A stretch of 64,000 bases of DNA from NCBI GenBank assembly GCA_019057815.1, contig JAHLWR010000001.1:96001-160000 (forward strand), written 5' to 3'. The number at the start of each line of letters is the position of its first letter. Position 1 is the first letter of the stretch. Under the pieces are notes generated by a model that was not told where the DNA came from, did no database searches, and worked only from the letters and a program-made list of their open reading frames with translations. Origin of the DNA: Candidatus Heimdallarchaeota archaeon (GTDB taxonomy: Archaea > Asgardarchaeota > Heimdallarchaeia > Heimdallarchaeales > Heimdallarchaeaceae). The translations under genes were made by a program, and so were the position numbers. Positions 60,805 to 64,000 of this stretch are shown piece by piece.

Positions 60805-61701
60805 ATGCAATTCCCTCGAATCCTTGAAAAATGGAATTATGACATAATTAAGGAATTAGTTGATAAAAATTACTTCGAAACAGAATTCTTTGATTTTAAA
60901 GCTAATCTGCAAGCACCACTAAAGCAAGAGAAGATAGTTTGTGCTTTTGCTAATACAAATGGTGGATTTTTGATTTTTGGAGTAGGAGATATTAAAACAA
61001 CTGATAGAATTATTGGAATTGATAGAAAACGAGACCTGAGTAAAGAATTTTATGACAAAATTAGAATGATAAATCCTAGCATTAATTTTGAATTCAAACA
61101 ACCACCAATTCAAATACCTCATTCTGATAAAATAGTACCTGTGTGTTATATCCCCAGAAGTAATGAAAGACCACATATAACTAGAGAGAACCACTTTTAC
61201 ATTAGAACAAGTGGAGGTTGTAATGAGAAGATGAATTATAATGCAATACGAGAATCCTTCTATGGATTTGAACAACGAAAAATAAAAATCGAAATGCTTA
61301 GTTTAGAACTAGCTTATTTAGATATTATATTAAAAAAAATGATTGTACCTGAAAGTGAAATGGAAGATAAATACTTTTTATATGAAGCAGAGTCATCACT
61401 ACTAGTTGATTTAATGGGGCAGACTTATTCTGTTATTAAAGATGATTGGAGATTGATTTCCCTGCTTCTTGGAATAAGAGGTGATTTAGGATCATTAAAT
61501 CAAACCAGAAGATCTTTCTTTTTTGAACCATCAGTTCCAGTGATGGGTCGAACAGCGCTATACAGACAATATAATCAGAAAATAAAGGAGTTTGTTGATA
61601 TTTTGACTAAAAACATAAATGAAGCTTTAGCCATTCTTAAGGAAAAATATGGGATTGAAATACCAACTGAAAAAACATTCGTATTCAATAAGTCTGAATA
61701 A
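60805..61701 (+). CDS. Schlafen / AlbA_2 domain protein
   Basis: ETEFFDFKA...VCAFANTNGGFLIFGVGD...IIGI...PH...FYIR. Confidence 0.88.
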   Translation: MQFPRILEKWNYDIIKELVDKNYFETEFFDFKANLQAPLKQEKIVCAFANTNGGFLIFGVGDIKTTDRIIGIDRKRDLSKEFYDKIRMINPSINFEFKQPPIQIPHSDKIVPVCYIPRSNERPHITRENHFYIRTSGGCNEKMNYNAIRESFYGFEQRKIKIEMLSLELAYLDIILKKMIVPESEMEDKYFLYEAESSLLVDLMGQTYSVIKDDWRLISLLLGIRGDLGSLNQTRRSFFFEPSVPVMGRTALYRQYNQKIKEFVDILTKNINEALAILKEKYGIEIPTEKTFVFNKSE

Positions 61702-63877
61702 TGTTTTCTTTGTTTAAGAACTGTATAAAATCATGAAATTCTTGATTTTCTGAGGATACTAATTCTTCTACCAAATCAAGACAATCCCTAAATGACAAAT
61801 TCTCCCACTTATCCTTGATAAAATCTGGTCTAGTTCTTTTGATCATAAATTCTAAATCTTTTTCCCATGAAAATATTTTTTGAGTTCTGACAAATTTCCT
61901 AATTTCACTGTTAAGTTCATTGAGTTTACTTTTGTCATTATCTAATGTAGAACCCTTTAAATCAACATCGAGGATATGTGTCAATATTTTCCCAATCCTA
62001 CTTTCTGTTATATTTTCTTTATTTGGTTTAAATGCATCAAAATCACACAATAACATGAAAGGTATTTCAAAGAATTTGACTATATTTAGAGCTTTTGAAC
62101 TATTGTCTTTTCCTGAGATTCTGATAATATCCCATTTGATTAGTGTATTATCTTCAAGAAAATTGAGACTATCTTGAATCATTCTTCTCTCTAATGATGA
62201 TTTGAGAGCAATTAATAATCTTTCATCATGTAAACCTTCTACAAAAATAACACCTGTAGAGAAAAACAGGTCAGCTAAATCTGGATCTAACAGGAAGTTT
62301 CTATATTTTTGCTTATTTTGTTTTATCTCTTTTTTTTCAAAAAAATCTTTCATATATTTGACATTGCTTCCTTTATCACCTTTAGAGCATCTAAGTATAG
62401 AATCAAGGAGTTCATCAGATATTAAATCTGAAGTATGAGTTACTAACAGATAAGTACGTTCTTTATCTAGTTTAATATAATCTCTAAGTTTTTTTCGCAA
62501 GGAAGGATGGAGAGTTTTACCAGGTTCATCTAATATAACTGTATCAGCTTCAAATCCATGTATTGCACTTAAAACCATTATTACTTCATATGCTCCTCCA
62601 GGAGAAGTCTTTAAACTAAAAGAAATTTTACTTGTTGTATCTTGAAATTGAATTTCTGGTCTCTTTGCTGTAATCTTAACATTAGGTTTTGATTTGATGA
62701 AATATTTTGTAACTTGATTAGATGATGATTCTGTTTCTGGTTCAATAAAGAGAGTTTGAGTTTTTTCTAAATTCACATCTTCTGATTGTAAAACTACATT
62801 TATCTCATAGTTTCCATTAAATAATTCTTTAAATAATTTTTTAATCTTTTTAAATGTTTTTTGTTCTTTAGGATCAGGACTTGTAGCTTTTTTGAAAAGC
62901 TCATTCTCAACTTTTTTCAGAGTTAATACATTAGCAGGTGTATGCCAACTTTTAGAAACAAATTTTTCTTTTATCAATCCTCTATCTTCACGTAAAATTA
63001 CTACTTTCTTCTTGATTAAATCTGAAAGAAATTCCCCTAGATATTTTGGATATTCCTTGCTTTCTAACTCATATCCCCAATCTCTTAGTAAAAGCTTAAA
63101 ATCTACTGAAATATCATGTAAACTTGAAATAGCATCAATATTGTTAAAGTCCAGTTCTTTGAGATTTAATGTTAACTCTTTTCGTAAGATCTTTTCAAAA
63201 AAATCTTCGTAGAATAATTTTTCAATATCGTGCTCTTCCAATTCTTCATCTTTTTGTTTTTCCTTTGAATTAAATACATTGATTGAATCGACACATCTCC
63301 CGATTTCATCGAAATAGATCATTGATGTATTTTTAATATCATCAAAATTCACATCATGAGACTTTTTATTGTTAATCAAAGTGATTATGTTAGAAAAAGG
63401 ATTCTTAATAAAAATTCTACATTTTTCATTAAGAGAAAGAATCATAAAGTAACGCAATTGCTCTGTATTTCTGTTGTCCGTTTTAAAACCAATCCGCAAT
63501 TTTAAAAAGGAATTCTCAAAAAGATTTTGATATTTTTTATAAAAGGAATGGATTGCAATTTCACCCAGCTCTTTTTTAGAACTAATATGCATTGAACCCA
63601 TAGATAAAACTAAGAATTTTTTTATAAACTCTTTTTCATATTCTTGGAGTTCAAAATCCAAATAAATTAGTGTTTTTTCTCTTGAATTCCAATAAGGATG
63701 TTGATACCAATCTATCCTATCTGAGGAAGAGTTAGAAATAATAAAATCTATTATTCTAATAATATTTGATTTACCCGAACCATTTTCTCCAACTATAATG
63801 GACTTATCGTCTAGTATAATATCTTGTTCTTGATAATAAGAAAGAAAATTCTTGATAAAAATTCTCTTTAGTTTCAT
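61685..63877 (-). CDS. OLD-family ATP-dependent nuclease (ABC ATPase + TOPRIM)
   Basis: IKNFLSY, GENGSGKSN, LDEPGKTLHP, VTH; TOPRIM IFVEGLHDE, GK, CDFD, DLE. Confidence 0.9.
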   Translation of the reverse strand: MKLKRIFIKNFLSYYQEQDIILDDKSIIVGENGSGKSNIIRIIDFIISNSSSDRIDWYQHPYWNSREKTLIYLDFELQEYEKEFIKKFLVLSMGSMHISSKKELGEIAIHSFYKKYQNLFENSFLKLRIGFKTDNRNTEQLRYFMILSLNEKCRIFIKNPFSNIITLINNKKSHDVNFDDIKNTSMIYFDEIGRCVDSINVFNSKEKQKDEELEEHDIEKLFYEDFFEKILRKELTLNLKELDFNNIDAISSLHDISVDFKLLLRDWGYELESKEYPKYLGEFLSDLIKKKVVILREDRGLIKEKFVSKSWHTPANVLTLKKVENELFKKATSPDPKEQKTFKKIKKLFKELFNGNYEINVVLQSEDVNLEKTQTLFIEPETESSSNQVTKYFIKSKPNVKITAKRPEIQFQDTTSKISFSLKTSPGGAYEVIMVLSAIHGFEADTVILDEPGKTLHPSLRKKLRDYIKLDKERTYLLVTHTSDLISDELLDSILRCSKGDKGSNVKYMKDFFEKKEIKQNKQKYRNFLLDPDLADLFFSTGVIFVEGLHDERLLIALKSSLERRMIQDSLNFLEDNTLIKWDIIRISGKDNSSKALNIVKFFEIPFMLLCDFDAFKPNKENITESRIGKILTHILDVDLKGSTLDNDKSKLNELNSEIRKFVRTQKIFSWEKDLEFMIKRTRPDFIKDKWENLSFRDCLDLVEELVSSENQEFHDFIQFLNKENIIQTY

Positions 63878-64000
63878 ACTAAATGATTAACAAAGATAAC
63901 ATAATAACAATTTCTATTGATTATCTAAATTATTCTGTAGGAGGAGGATTAATAAGATAAGAATCTATATTATTAGTAAAAAAGGATTTAAAAGCCACCT

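Noticed and set aside
61685-63877. Gabija system
   Set aside because: No UvrD-like gajB downstream; the next gene is a convergent AlbA_2
1-64000. CRISPR array, tRNA, rRNA
   Set aside because: No regularly spaced repeats or GC-rich structured RNA seen by eye; tRNAscan/Infernal not run

Overview
AT-rich archaeal chromosomal window, most consistent with an Asgard archaeon (Heimdallarchaeia-like). This is inferred from the group II chaperonin, archaeal pilin signal, PDO, archease, Ras-like small GTPase, longin/uDENN-like protein, V4R protein and 7TM/TPR families. Positions 1-56.3 kb are mostly housekeeping and amino-acid catabolism: a purCS(fused)-purQ-purL-purE-purB operon with a divergent PurR-like regulator, hutU/hutI/hutH plus a second divergent MIO ammonia-lyase, tyrosine phenol-lyase, glycine cleavage genes, oligopeptidase B, thermosome, and an intein-containing RtcB with archease nearby. 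Features missed by the ORF track include a duplicated 50-aa CxxC-x17-CxxC gene forming ~209-bp direct repeats around an APH-like kinase cassette, a decayed acetate-CoA ligase alpha relic, a nonsense-truncated TPR gene, a Vsr pseudogene and a triple palindromic operator. From ~56.8 kb to the end lies an accessory island: a hairpin-bounded, extremely purine-skewed three-gene unit with an atypical radical-SAM-like protein, then orphan genes, a Schlafen/AlbA_2 protein and an OLD-family nuclease. The best candidates for novel systems are the uDENN/longin + two-7TM operon (16.0-17.9 kb) and the purine-skewed radical-SAM unit (56.8-58.7 kb). No rRNA, tRNA or CRISPR array was recognised by eye. All family calls come from motif recognition; no searches were run.
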